DNA from: Antedon mediterranea
Lineage: Eukaryota; Animalia; Echinodermata
Direction of reading: 5' to 3'
Assembly (NCBI RefSeq): GCF_964355755.1
Contig: NC_092678.1
Location: 22,833,365-22,897,364, forward strand
DNA length: 64,000 bases
This document shows, one piece after another, positions 53,001 to 64,000 of this stretch (positions are counted from its first letter, which is position 1; each line of letters begins with the position of its first letter). The position numbers were made by a program, and so were the translations under genes. The notes beneath the pieces are model-generated. The model searched no databases and was not told where the DNA came from. It worked only from the letters and a program-made list of their open reading frames with translations.

Positions 53001-54139
53001 ATGTTACATTGTAAATTCATTAATACACATTTACGATATTCTTTATACTTACTGAAACGTGTAGTTCGTTTACCTTTATATTTCCTGTTACCTGTAGGAT
53101 AGAAATAAAAATAGAATATGTAACAAAATTCAAACCAAAATAACGTCATTAACCCATGACGTCATTTACCCAAAGAACGTCATTTACTCATAACCAATAA
53201 TATCATTTTAGTATCTGTTGTGACACTATAGATCATTCTCTATGACTGTTTTTTTTTCAAAGATGATGGAGCGGTTATGATTTATTTTGTAATGGTTTGC
53301 GCCACCTACAGGTCAATATCATCATTACATTATATGATAATGAATGGTGCATGAGTAGCTCACGTTGTATTGTGTCTCATACATCTATCTTACAGTATTT
53401 GTAGTTACATAATATTTGAATGTTCAATCACAGAAAATGGAGTCTCGTCAAGCCCTTTTCCCTCTCTCTTGCACCCGTGCACCCCAATGTTTAGTATTCA
53501 CTGGATTTGTTAATGATGTTACTAGATAGGCTAAGCTCCATACCTGTAGAACAATATTGTATTGTTTTCTAAAACAAATGTAATGAGTAAATAAAAAAGA
53601 AGCTCTCTATCGAGATTGGTAGACATACCTAGTAGAATATGTTGTGCCACATTGTTTAGTAGTTTTGCAAATATTTCAATTTGTTGTTGTGAATCTAAGT
53701 TTCCGGCTTTCTCAATGTGATATACAGCATCCCAAATGTTGTCGTAGTTGAAGGCACTCAGTTGATAGAAATCAATCACATTTCGTAAGTCATCTTTGTC
53801 TACGTTAGTAAGCGTTGTAAACAGTGCTCTGCGGTAGTTGGTTATTATTGTCTCTGATGTGTTATTACTGCATTGTACAGTATTCTTGTATTCTGTTATA
53901 CAATTTATCGCTGATATCTGATTAGTTACTTCAGCAATCTCCAACAACAGCCTCACATCAGTTTTTGAGATAAATCGGTTACGAGTAAGTGTATTAAATA
54001 GGCCCATGGCTAATTGATCTAGATATCCAATAGGTATAACACCATATAGAAGCATTCTTAACTTCCGAACTTCAGTGCCAGCATAGAGTTTGCTAAGTTT
54101 TTCCAGAAACATGCGGTATTTAAGAACATTTTCGTTCAT
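41999..54139 (-). CDS. NLR-4: tDED(B)-basic-basic-tDED(C)-TM-NACHT-short LRR, ~1090 aa; exons 54139-53629, 53091-53053, 52606-52574, 50716-50162, 44236-44153, 44049-41999
   Basis: All phase-1 GT/AG junctions; the type-C exon has no ATG and needs an upstream phase-1 donor; a 5.9-kb TE-filled intron precedes the TM exon; connectivity of the 5' exons is less certain. Confidence 0.62.
44153..44236 (-). CDS. NLR-4 transmembrane micro-exon (VGLGVATMVTIFTVFLGLFYIPNDELRQ)
   Basis: 84 nt; tttgttttttatag acceptor and GTAAGT donor; phase 1-1. Confidence 0.8.
45383..46453. mobile_element. PIF/Harbinger-like non-autonomous element
   Basis: TIR GGCCCTGTTCAGACCCATGGCGTTAGACCGTTT at both ends; left flank TAA, right flank imperfect (ATA). 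Confidence 0.75.
46760..47200 (+). repeat. Element starting CACTGTAAAA that carries a 63-bp tandem array
   Basis: GTAAATTTACAGATAT units at 46981, 47044, 47107 and 47170. Confidence 0.75.
47455..48930 (+). mobile_element. Degenerate LINE (APE endonuclease plus RT remnants, L2/CR1 group)
   Basis: YRPPPNS, VVGDFNG, LKILNGR and SDHMPI endonuclease motifs; broken RT motifs GIQQGSPLS, HLLYAGDLV and WGLTVNVEKSKIV downstream. Confidence 0.8.
50162..50716 (-). CDS. Tandem DED exon, type C (internal, NLR-4)
   Basis: 555 nt; tttgcag acceptor and GTATGT donor; phase 1-1; paralog of 22045-22606. Confidence 0.85.
53629..54139 (-). CDS. Tandem DED exon, type B (NLR-4 first module)
   Basis: Acceptor at 54148-54147, ATG at 54139, GTATGT donor; very similar to 15167-15668. 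Confidence 0.85.
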
Positions 54140-55129
54140 TTTTAATCTGAAAACAAAAATCTATTACTAGTAAAAAACTCACAATATTAACACAATTTGG
54201 AACAATTTTTATAAATTTTAGCCAGCTAAGGACTGGAAAAATCGTTCAAACGTAAGCAATTAATGTGTAGGCCTAACTTTCTAACTATGCATAGTCCCAA
54301 ATGTTCAACACACCCTGACCTGAAGAATCTTTAGTTTAAACTACATTAGGCCTACTAAATCAATATCAACATTACAGTTACTACCAACAATATCACTGAC
54401 CTATTTCAATGTATTGGAAATAACAGCCTTATAAATTAAAATTAGATTTTCTTCAACAGTATTTCTTTCTTTTTTTGATCATCTCCATTTTTTCTGATTG
54501 AAGTTTGATCAGATGCCTCGTAAACTGATCGAAACGTTTAGTGCAAGAACTATATAATACTATATGTACTGATTTATACTTTACCAGTTGTTGTTTCTTT
54601 CTGATGAACAGTAACGGTAGGCGTATTCAAAATCGACAAGACAAGTTCCAAAATGGTTGCTGTACACTGAACCGTAACATCTCAGGGTTGACTTTATCGT
54701 TTTTTCATTTTAATATCTACTTGTTTTTTTGTCTGAAACGAAACGTTTTTATGAGTCTTCTCCTAGTGTAGGCCTATGCCTACTGTTAAATCCAATTCAG
54801 AAGAGTTTGCAACAAAACTGATTTATTGAACCTGAACCTGTGTAGATCCTATTTTAATGCTCTTGTCGTGCTAAATAAATTGCCTAGGAATATAATGGCG
54901 ACAACAAGTATTTTGAAGTATTGTATGTAGAGTATTGTATATTATTCAGTAATTATTCTATTTCACTGAAGCGTGTTTGAACGGGTCAACGTCACAATAA
55001 CGAACTTTTGTGAAGAACGTGTTAACATTATACAGAAAAAAGCGCCATATAAATATGATATTAGGGACTTTTAGATTTGAGTGAACGTGCACGACGTTCA
55101 TGTCTACATGGGTCGTAGTCTACTGTTAA

Positions 55130-57345
55130 AGGCTGGTTTCCTGTCGACGTAAGAACATCACTGTTGTTGCGACTACGTCGATTTGTCGTAAGAAATGCGG
55201 ATTTTACAGGAAACCGATTACGATCGAAAATTTATAAAATCGACGCAACGTAAGAAAAATGGTAACGACAAACGATTTTACAGGAAATCGATGACCTAAC
55301 CATTGTTGCGTTACGACGTTTTCTTCCGATTTTACAGGAAACCGGGATTTTTTATCTTACGCTTGAATGAACGCCCTTGCGTCATGTTTCTTACGTCTCT
55401 TACGAAAGTTGACTTGAAGTCAACTTTCGCAAGAGACGTAAGCGCAATCGTAACAAGCAACCAATGAGCGACAAGAGTTATGACGTAATGTGTATGTCCT
55501 TATAGTGAAATAAAGCCGGACAATAACATTTGTATGTATTTACTACTATAATTTTAGCCTAATCATGTTCTAATCAGGGAGTTTTAGGGTTGAGGGATGG
55601 GAAAGCGGATAGATGCAAAGAGGAACAATTTTTAAATATATTCTTTATGCACTCAGTAACGAAATATTTTTTTCATGTTTTATAGGCCTATAATATACCT
55701 CTAAATACAGTAAAATATTTGCGATTTAATACTTTGTTAAAACTGTCACTGTCATAATCGATTGAAATATAGTCACGATACACCACTACGACGTTTATAT
55801 TTTTGGTAATTATTAATTAATACAAACGTTGAGAAGGAACTGTCAGTATAGGTTATTTGTATATAATAATGTGTTTATATATCTAACAGTAGAGCCTATC
55901 CACAATCTCAGTAATAAGTTTATTTGTATATATTTTTATATTACATCTAACAGTACGAACATTCACAGTAAGAAATGTTCGATTCAAATGAGGACCAAAA
56001 ATAGGTAATTATAATAGGTATTTACAGTATTGTTCAAGTTTATTCTCAAAGGGCCCATATATTTACCTACCGTATGTGTTAAACCAAGGGCTCATAAATT
56101 TACCTACTTGTGTTAAACCAAACTCTGGCAGACTGAGAGATTGGGATGTTCCATTCATCGCAAATCAATACATTTGTATAATCGTATATTAAATCAAAAT
56201 AGTATTTTTTAAAGAAAATCGGCCTGTCTTCAACATTATGATGCTGTACTCTAGCTGTTCAACCGGTTTTCAGCTATTAAAAACAATTATCGTAGGAGGA
56301 GATAGGAAAATGCGAAGCCTCCTCGCATTTTTGTGGCGGGTATTTTTCAAGATGGACATCCATTATTAGACAGTGTATACCACGATCGGAAAACACCCCT
56401 ATTTGGGGCAAATCGTTGAACCTAAATTCGTTTTAATCGTCAATAACTAATTATCTAACTTAATTTAATTAGTAAACAGGGTTACATCAGGTGGTTAAAA
56501 TCAGTACCGAAAGTAGGCCTACGAACCAACTTTATATACCATCGAGTAAAAATTCTAGAAGTAAAGCGCGATTTACCGAATTTTGCCCTTACGTAAATTT
56601 ATATATAGATTATAGGCCTGTAAATAATGGGTATCTTACTGCGGTAGTACTATCTCATGCTCGATTAGATATGCTTATAGGCCAATAGGCCAATGCCTAT
56701 AGTCTAGGGCCTAGGTAGGTCTAATAATAATAGGAATCTCGAAATGATTTGCCTTTTTTTAATTTTGAAAACTATTTAAGGCTAGGCCTAGAGGGCCAGG
56801 ATAATTAATTCATATTTTGATTCATACAAATAATACATAGGCCTACTAGCCTAGGCTAGTTTGATTATTTGGTCAAATCAATTCCTATTAGTAGCCTACG
56901 GTACCGTACAGTATTAATTAAGTATTTTACTAATACTAGGGCCTAGCTTATCTACTGAAAATAACATGTTGGTGTGCTGCACTGACAGGTAGGCTACAAT
57001 AACAACATTCAACATTTTGCGCGAAAAATGATAAAACCCGCTCTAAAAAGAAACACCAATCAGAGATGTTGTTTCAAATACGTCATAATCCGACCGACGT
57101 AAGAAAAAAATTTCAACTTTCGTAACAACACTAAAATCGACGTAAGCATACGACGTGTGTTTCACAGCCAAAATTTCAACTTTCGGGAGCAGCATAACTA
57201 CAGATGTTTCTCTGCGGCCCGACACGATCTTGACTAACGTCAACGACGTCAATTTTTTCTCAACTTTCGTAAGAGACGTAAGAAACGTATGAAACGCAAG
57301 AATCGTTGCAAAATTCGACTTCTTACGTCGACAGGAAACCAGCCT
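55130..57345. mobile_element. PIF/Harbinger non-autonomous element with a nested repeat (~55585-56610)
   Basis: Perfect TIR AGGCTGGTTTCCTGTCGACGTAAGAA; TAA TSD at 55127-55129 and 57346-57348. Confidence 0.85.
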
Positions 57346-57884
57346 TAAGTGGACATTACGTTGACGTGCCAGTGAACGTATAACGTAAAGATCTTGGAAT
57401 CTTACTGCGTAACCTCTAGATTAGCTATTCCATCGCTGGTGGCTTATAGGTCAGGCTGTTTGTTGCTTAGCTTAGCCTAGATCCTTCATTTTCTGAACAA
57501 AGGTTGGCGTCCTAGTGATAAAACTCGAAACCTGTATTTTTTTTTAGTTTCTTGTGAGCTTTATTCAATCAATAATTTTTTTTTTAGTCATAATAATGTG
57601 TAGTATTATATTTGCCTTGTTTTTTTATAAATATATTTGTAGCCTAGTCTATATAACAATAACACGTGAAGTAAAATATTGAGTCGTTTTAACGACTCGA
57701 TATTTTACTTCAATAAGCAATAAGGGTATATATGAGGGTTTAAATGTTAAAAAACTGAACATTATAAAAAAATTTTAAAATATAAGACCAGAATAGTTTA
57801 TTTATTTAGATAAAATCGAGAATGATAAATATTTTGTTCATCATACGTTGAGATTATAGGTATTAAAATATTTGTTAAGGAGAT

Positions 57885-57945
57885 AACCAGCATAGTGTTC
57901 GCTAAGGTTTTCCAAAAAGATTTGGAATTTTAGATTTTCATCCAT
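57885..57945 (-). pseudogene. Truncated type-B tDED exon remnant (MDENLKFQIFLENLSEHYAG)
   Basis: Acceptor, ATG and the first 20 codons match type-B exons; homology then stops; P2 module upstream. Confidence 0.75.
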
Positions 57946-58689
57946 TTTTAATCTATAAACGAAGAAGATAGACCTACAAATTAGATACACAATTTTCAAA
58001 CGGAATTTACTAAAGAAAAAACAATTGTTTTTCTTATCAAATTCAGTGTAGGGTCTATATTAGGCATACAGTGGCTTATTTTGACTAGTTAGGAATTTTG
58101 ATCGCACCATAATCGAATTTAGATCACGTCAGCGAAAAGTGCGACTAACCAAACCAAAATATTATTAACATTATTTTTTAACAATTAATAAACGCCAAAA
58201 ATTATTATATGATCGTATAGCCTAACAAAGCAGGAATACTGTATTGCCAAAAATGTAGGCCTACTGTATACCAGCACATTTTTCAATACTGTAGGCCTAT
58301 AAAGTGTATTTAGTCCCAAAACAGCATTATTCATTCAGTATTCATTATTTTGAATTATTACTCTTACTATATTATTATTATTACTATAATGCTCTCACGG
58401 TTTGTTTGTGTTATGCTGTCTGCTTGCCTACTTCGTTAATAAACAGTCCGCCATATTCGTCTTTCGTCGTTTTGTGACGTATGTATATCCACAGTTTCAT
58501 AGATCGATAAATATAACAATGTAATACTTGATGCATAAAATATGAGCAACAGCGTCATGACCTAAAAAGTAGTTGTTAGAATGGGCCTACAAGAATATCT
58601 CATATTACATAAAATCGTATTATTTAACTTGTAAATGTCGTTACAGTTCATAAGTAACATTTTTACATATATGAATTCTGTATTACTCC

Positions 58690-61600
58690 TTTTTTCATTA
58701 ATTTTCTTATATTTTGTTATACACTTGACAGGATCATCATTATCATCTATCCCGTTTTAAAATAGTTCACACATTTTCATTTGTTTGTTTTTATTTTACA
58801 ACCCGGATTATACAATATATTTATATACATGATAACAAAAAACAATAATAGCTCAGTACCACCAGTAACCCGTATCACTGTAATTCTTTTTCTGTTAATC
58901 GTATCAAATTAGAAATTATATTATCATAATCGTATTTCTTAAAGCTACCCATTTTTCTATACTTGTTTCTTTATTGTTATATGTTTCACATTCAATGTTA
59001 TATAACATATTGCTTTTAAATGAATTCCATAAAGATTTACCAACTGGCTTATTTAGTGCAGATAACATTTTTATTCTATAAATAGTAAATGCTGCAAAAG
59101 TGTAAATATAATCTATTAGCTTATCTCCCGTTCCTAGTAATAATTGTTTAAATGATATATTATTGTGATTTAAACTTACAAAGATACTAAGCATTTTCCT
59201 CCAATATTTCTGAATAAATCTACAACTAAAAAACAAATGATTTTCATTTTCAATTTCTCCACATTTGTCACACGTTTGTGTTTCCTTAACTTTGATACAG
59301 CCGTTTGTTGGTAGGCAGTATTCTATGTAACATCTTATAATTGAATTGTGCTAGTTTCTTATCTTTCATTTTACATACTTTCCGTAACCAAGAAGTTTTC
59401 CAATCAATGTTGTTATCATTGAAGTACTCTTCCCATTTTAGTTGTGACATTGGAATAATGAAATATTCTTTCACAAACCATGAGTATATTAGTTTGGTAG
59501 TATTAATCTCATACTTGGTCCCAACTAATTCATCATTATCATCTCAATTGAAAATATCTACCTCCTTAATAATACGTTTCCATTGAATTGGTATTGCCTT
59601 AATAATGCACAAATACTCATTTAACCAGTTTGTTTTACATTGTAGTTTCACCAATATTTCGTTTGATGTTAAAAAAGTGTTCTTATTAACAATGTCTTTA
59701 ATACTGATAATGCCACTGTCAATCCAATGCTTGTAGAAAAGCTAGTTTAACGTAGTGGTTTCCCCACAGTTGCTCATTCATTATATCGTTATAAGTTTCA
59801 GGTTTTTTTTTAGTGATTCTGTTATAATTTATGTTGGCTTTTATCATATTTTTGTAAAACAGTGGAATTTTATCAGAATTCACATCAATAATGTTATAAC
59901 ATGACATATTAAGTAAAACATTAACATCACATATTTTTTTAATATAATACATTGGAATATTTTTCCATTTAGCACCATCATCATTCATAATTCTTTTTAA
60001 CCAGCCACACATGAGTGCGTTAACATGAAGAGTAAAATCAGGCATTTTAATGCCTCCCATCTCAACATCACCAATTAGAGTTTTTCTTTTTATCTTTTCC
60101 CTTTTATTGTTCCAAATAAAATTATATATTAGATTTGTAACTTGTGTATATACATATTTTGGAACATCAGTGATATTTGCAGCATATGTTAATTTAGATA
60201 GTGCAAGACTGTTCAGGATTATTATTCTACCAACAATTGAGAGATTTCTAGCATTCCATTGTTTTAAAGTCTTTTCTAGCTCTATTAATTTAACATCCCA
60301 GTTTTTTCTGGTACATTCTTCTGTATTATACCCTACATATATGCCTAAAATTTTGATCGGGTGTTTTACCCAATTTAATTCTAAAGGTCTATCTATTCTG
60401 TTCTTCCATTTACCAATCCAAAAAGCATTGTTTTTTTTTTTTATTTAGTGTCATTCCAGATACTTCACAAAAACGTTCAATTACACTGACTGCTGACTTA
60501 ATACTTTTTTCATTACCAACATACAAAACAGTATCATCTGCTAATTGGCTTATTCTAGCTTCTATGTTATTTTCATTATTTGGAAGTTTAATACCCTTAT
60601 AGTCATCTTTGTTTCTTATTCTAGATGCCATTACTTCAACCACTAAAATGAATAACAGAGCAGATAGAGGACAACCTTGTCTAATACCTCTTTCCATTTT
60701 AAAATTGTTTGAAACCCAACCATTGCTAACTGTGACACATTCAACGTTATTGTATAATACTTTTACCCAGTTACAAAAGAACATTCCAAAGTTAAACTTT
60801 TCTAGAACATTGAACATAAAATCTCTACTAATAGAGTCAAAAGCCTTCTTAAAATCTACGGTAATTATTGCCCCTTTGATATCATTACACTCTGTATAAT
60901 AAAGCAGGTCTTCTATTAACCGAATGTTTTCACCAGCGAAACGGCCTTTTATATAACCTTTTTGGTCTGAACTTACTATTGATTTAATAACCATTTTAAG
61001 TCTGTTACTTAATACATGTGCAAGAATTTTGTAATCGGTGTTTAAGAGGGTAATGGGACGCCAATTATTCAAATTTTCTCTTCCTCCATCCTTGAACAAA
61101 AGGGTGATTACACCTCGTTTTTGCGAAAAGGATAATTCTTGAGAATTATAACTTTCATTTAACGCATCGCAAATTAAATGTTTAATATTATTCCAAAAGA
61201 ACACATAAAATTCAACACTTAGACCATCCGATCCAGGTGTTTTATTTTTTTCCATCATTGAAATGGCCTTTTTACATTCATCAATAGTGACGTAACCTTC
61301 ACAATTTTCTTTTTCTATTTTTGAAAGCTTGTTTATAATAGAATTACAAAGGTATTTATTAATTTTTCCAGGGTTTATAACATTTTTTGCGTATAAACCT
61401 TCGAAATGTTGTATTTGTTCCTTTAAAATATCAATTGGGCTCGTTGCTAAGCTCCCATCTTTAGTAATTAAACTTTTTATGTGTTTCTTTTTACTTTTGG
61501 ATCTTTCTAACCAAGAAAGTATTTTGTATTCCGCGCGCCTTTTGCTTCTACATTATAAATGTTTTCAAGCTCTATTTTTTTGTTTTCAATTTTATTTTCA

Positions 61601-62637
61601 ATGGTTATATCACAATTTTGAGTATTCATAATTGTTTCATTTAAGTTTTTTATTTGTTTTTGTAATTTTTCTTTCTTTTTATTCTGGTTTTTAGTCGCGT
61701 GGAAGCGACTCTATAGTTCACTATGTCGGTCGGTCGGTCTGTCTGTCTGTCTGTCTGTCGGTCTGTCGGTCTGTCTGTCGGTCTGTCTGTCGGTCCGGTA
61801 TCACTATGCGTTTTATCGCTTTATGACCTTATCTTGATATCAGTTTAATCTAGCTAAGTCAATTTTTCACAGAATATTCCTTATGGCCAGGAATCGATGT
61901 GGTTATGTTTTCACGGTGCGCAATAAAAAATTACGCGGTCTACGCACGATTTAACGAAATCACGTTTGTAATCATATCTTAACAACCATGAATCACAATT
62001 AAATAAAATTTGGTACTCATAAATTTCAGGGCATAAATCATCATATGGCAATACAATTACGTGCGTAGCGCATGTAACGCATGCGTACGCGCGCTTAAAA
62101 TTTTCAAAATTTATTTTCGATGAAATAAGAGTACGTTTCAGGCAATTTTAAGCGTTTACAAAATTGCCATGAGTGCGCAGATTTTTGCGCGCGCACTGCG
62201 CGTTAAATGTTATTGCGCACTCTTTTTACCCGATTTCTGTTTTCTTGACTTACTTTTCAACTCGAAATTACGTTATACGAGCACGTCAAAAGTGACAGGC
62301 TACGCACGTGTAAATTAAAAAAATATAAATGTTTTTAAACATTTCAACATTTTTAAACATGTTCAGTAATTTCGGTCAGTATAGTTCACTATGTCGGTCG
62401 GTCCGTCTGTCTGTCTGTCGGTCTGTTTGTCTGTCGGTCCGGTATCACTATGCATTGTAGCACGCGACTTAATGGCTGTTGGCCTTGTTATTTTTTTGTT
62501 TTCCGTATGCAATTGAAAATTCTTTTATTTTTGTTTTTACAAGCTCCCATAACAAACTTGCACTTACAGGTTCTCTATTATTTTTTAGTATTGAAACATC
62601 AATTATTACATATAATGTATAGATATAAAGACCATTG
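58690..62637 (-). mobile_element. 5'-truncated L1/Tx1-clade LINE ORF2 (RT plus CCHC finger), frameshifted
   Basis: KTPGSDGL, WRPITLLNTDYKI, DFKKAFD, RQGCPLS, QLADD, GGIKMPDF and CDKC...HLFFSC across ORFs 61258-58916; A-rich 3' end. Confidence 0.92.
61690..62490 (+). mobile_element. HINE/DINE-1-like element inserted in the L1
   Basis: TTTTAGTCGCGTG start, two (GTCT/GTCG)n cores, CACGCGACT subterminal inverted motif, GGCTGTTGGCC hairpin, TT-rich ends. Confidence 0.8.
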
Positions 62638-63177
62638 ACAAATAAACAAAATTGTACAATAAATCGAGTCAAATGTAATTTAATCAAGTTCTATTATACC
62701 CCCAAAAAAAAAAGAAAATACACACTCATAAAAGTAATTTATAATTTAAAACGATTAATAAAAACCAATAAAATGTATCCTCGGTTTATATAATCGATAT
62801 TATAAATTAAAATATAAAATATTGAGGCCCGATAATGATCGACGATAAATAGATAAATATAGATTTTTCTTACATAAAACAAAATAGATTCAAAAGTTAT
62901 CCTATACTTCTAGGATAAATAATAGGCCAAAAATGTTTATACATAGCCTGTATTTAAAATAGATACAACACCACAAACATTAGTAATTAGTAATTAGAGC
63001 AACAGTAAGATTGTCCTGATACTTTACTTTTAAAAAATACTACAAATAATAGATAAGATCATTGAATTATCATCGATATTCAGAAGGTAGTATTTAAACT
63101 GGGTAGGCGACATTTTGATTCAATATGCGAAACGCAAATACCGTAATATGTTATTTAAATAAATTTAGCTTAATTAA

Positions 63178-64000
63178 TTATGACTGAAGGTAAATAACAA
63201 TAACAAGACCTACCCATAAGAAAATATAAATAGTTAAAATTAATAATAGAAAAAGTGAAATGTATCCTCGTAAGAATAGAAGAAAATTAGAAGATGTAGC
63301 TATAATTATTAAACATATTAAAACTTTATATAAAATATTTAAAAGACGAAATAAATGCGCTTTAAATATAGGTATACTAGTTTCTATATACCAACTGTTC
63401 AAATCTTCAGTTGCTAAAGTTTTGTCATTCCTTGGTATTACTAAAATTGGGCGATTCTCTTTAATTTCTAAAGTTGTGTAATTCCCTTCAATTGCTAAAA
63501 CAAATGTTCGGATTAATGATGTTCTGTAAATCTTCGTAAGGTCATTTCCATTGATAGATATCAGGTCACTTTTGATTATTATATTATTTTTATACCATTC
63601 ACTCAGCATGTCATTAACAATAATACCTGTTAATTTACAATTATTCATAGAAAGACGTCTTAATTTTGGAAATATAATCAATATATTAGCTAGTGTACTT
63701 CCTTTGATTGATGATAGGTCAATGCCATAAAAAAAAGACTATTCCATCTAAATCTATAACGACTAGGTGATATTAAAAAATCGTGTAATTGTTCAGCTGA
63801 CATACTATAACTACCCCAAGTGTGGCTTTGAGGGCCCAGCTGTGTTTCTAATAAATCAATAATGTTTCCAAGTAATTCGGTATCAATATCTGAGAGATCA
63901 TTTCCATGTAACTTGATAACATTTTCTTTTGACTTTAGATAGTTTATATCTACTTCATTCAACATGTCAACTATTTGTTTGCTTGATAATCGAGAATACG
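63178..64000 (-). CDS. NLR-5, 3' part (LRRs plus two C-terminal TM helices), close paralog of NLR-1; -1 frameshift at the A8 run 63729-63736; continues beyond the window
   Basis: ORFs 63965-63690 and 63681-63178 both align to NLR-1 in successive frames. Confidence 0.85.

Noticed and set aside
52823-53149. 108-aa ORF (and 99-aa ORF 20715..21014) as independent genes
   Set aside because: Mostly intron read-through around the genuine 39-nt basic and 105-nt TM micro-exons

Overview
AT-rich, intron-containing animal DNA (a marine invertebrate, probably an echinoderm; this is inferred from the repeat content and protein families). The window is a tandem cluster of minus-strand NLR (NACHT-LRR) immune genes embedded in transposon debris. 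Reading GT/AG splice sites by hand shows that the ORF track misses a set of 33-111 nt micro-exons. These join the ~170-185 aa tandem death-effector-domain (tDED) exons to the large NACHT-LRR exons. Four complete models result: NLR-1 15668->10724 (1184 aa), NLR-2 22606->17708 (~1212 aa), NLR-3 37044->31494 (1123 aa) and NLR-4 54139->41999 (~1090 aa). There is also a tDED gene at 4378->1221 with no NACHT exon in the window, and the 3' end of NLR-5 at 63178-64000. All four models share an unusual architecture, tDED(x1-2)-linker/basic stretch-TRANSMEMBRANE helix-NACHT-LRR. The 'long' members add C-terminal hydrophobic helices. Every internal exon is symmetric phase 1-1, and three tDED exon types (A, B, C) are mixed combinatorially. 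Other notable signals: a Mutator-like insertion that replaced the last hydrophobic helix of NLR-1; a TM helix encoded by a (GCCATC)n microsatellite; a frameshift shared by NLR-3 and NLR-4 that defines a short-LRR class; and recurrent frame-preserving GGCCTA insertions at TA sites. Mobile DNA includes L1/Tx1, L2/CR1 and Rex1/Babar LINE fragments, Harbinger-, Kolobok- and MULE-like non-autonomous elements, and HINE/DINE-type elements. Gene models are hand-derived and have no transcript support.
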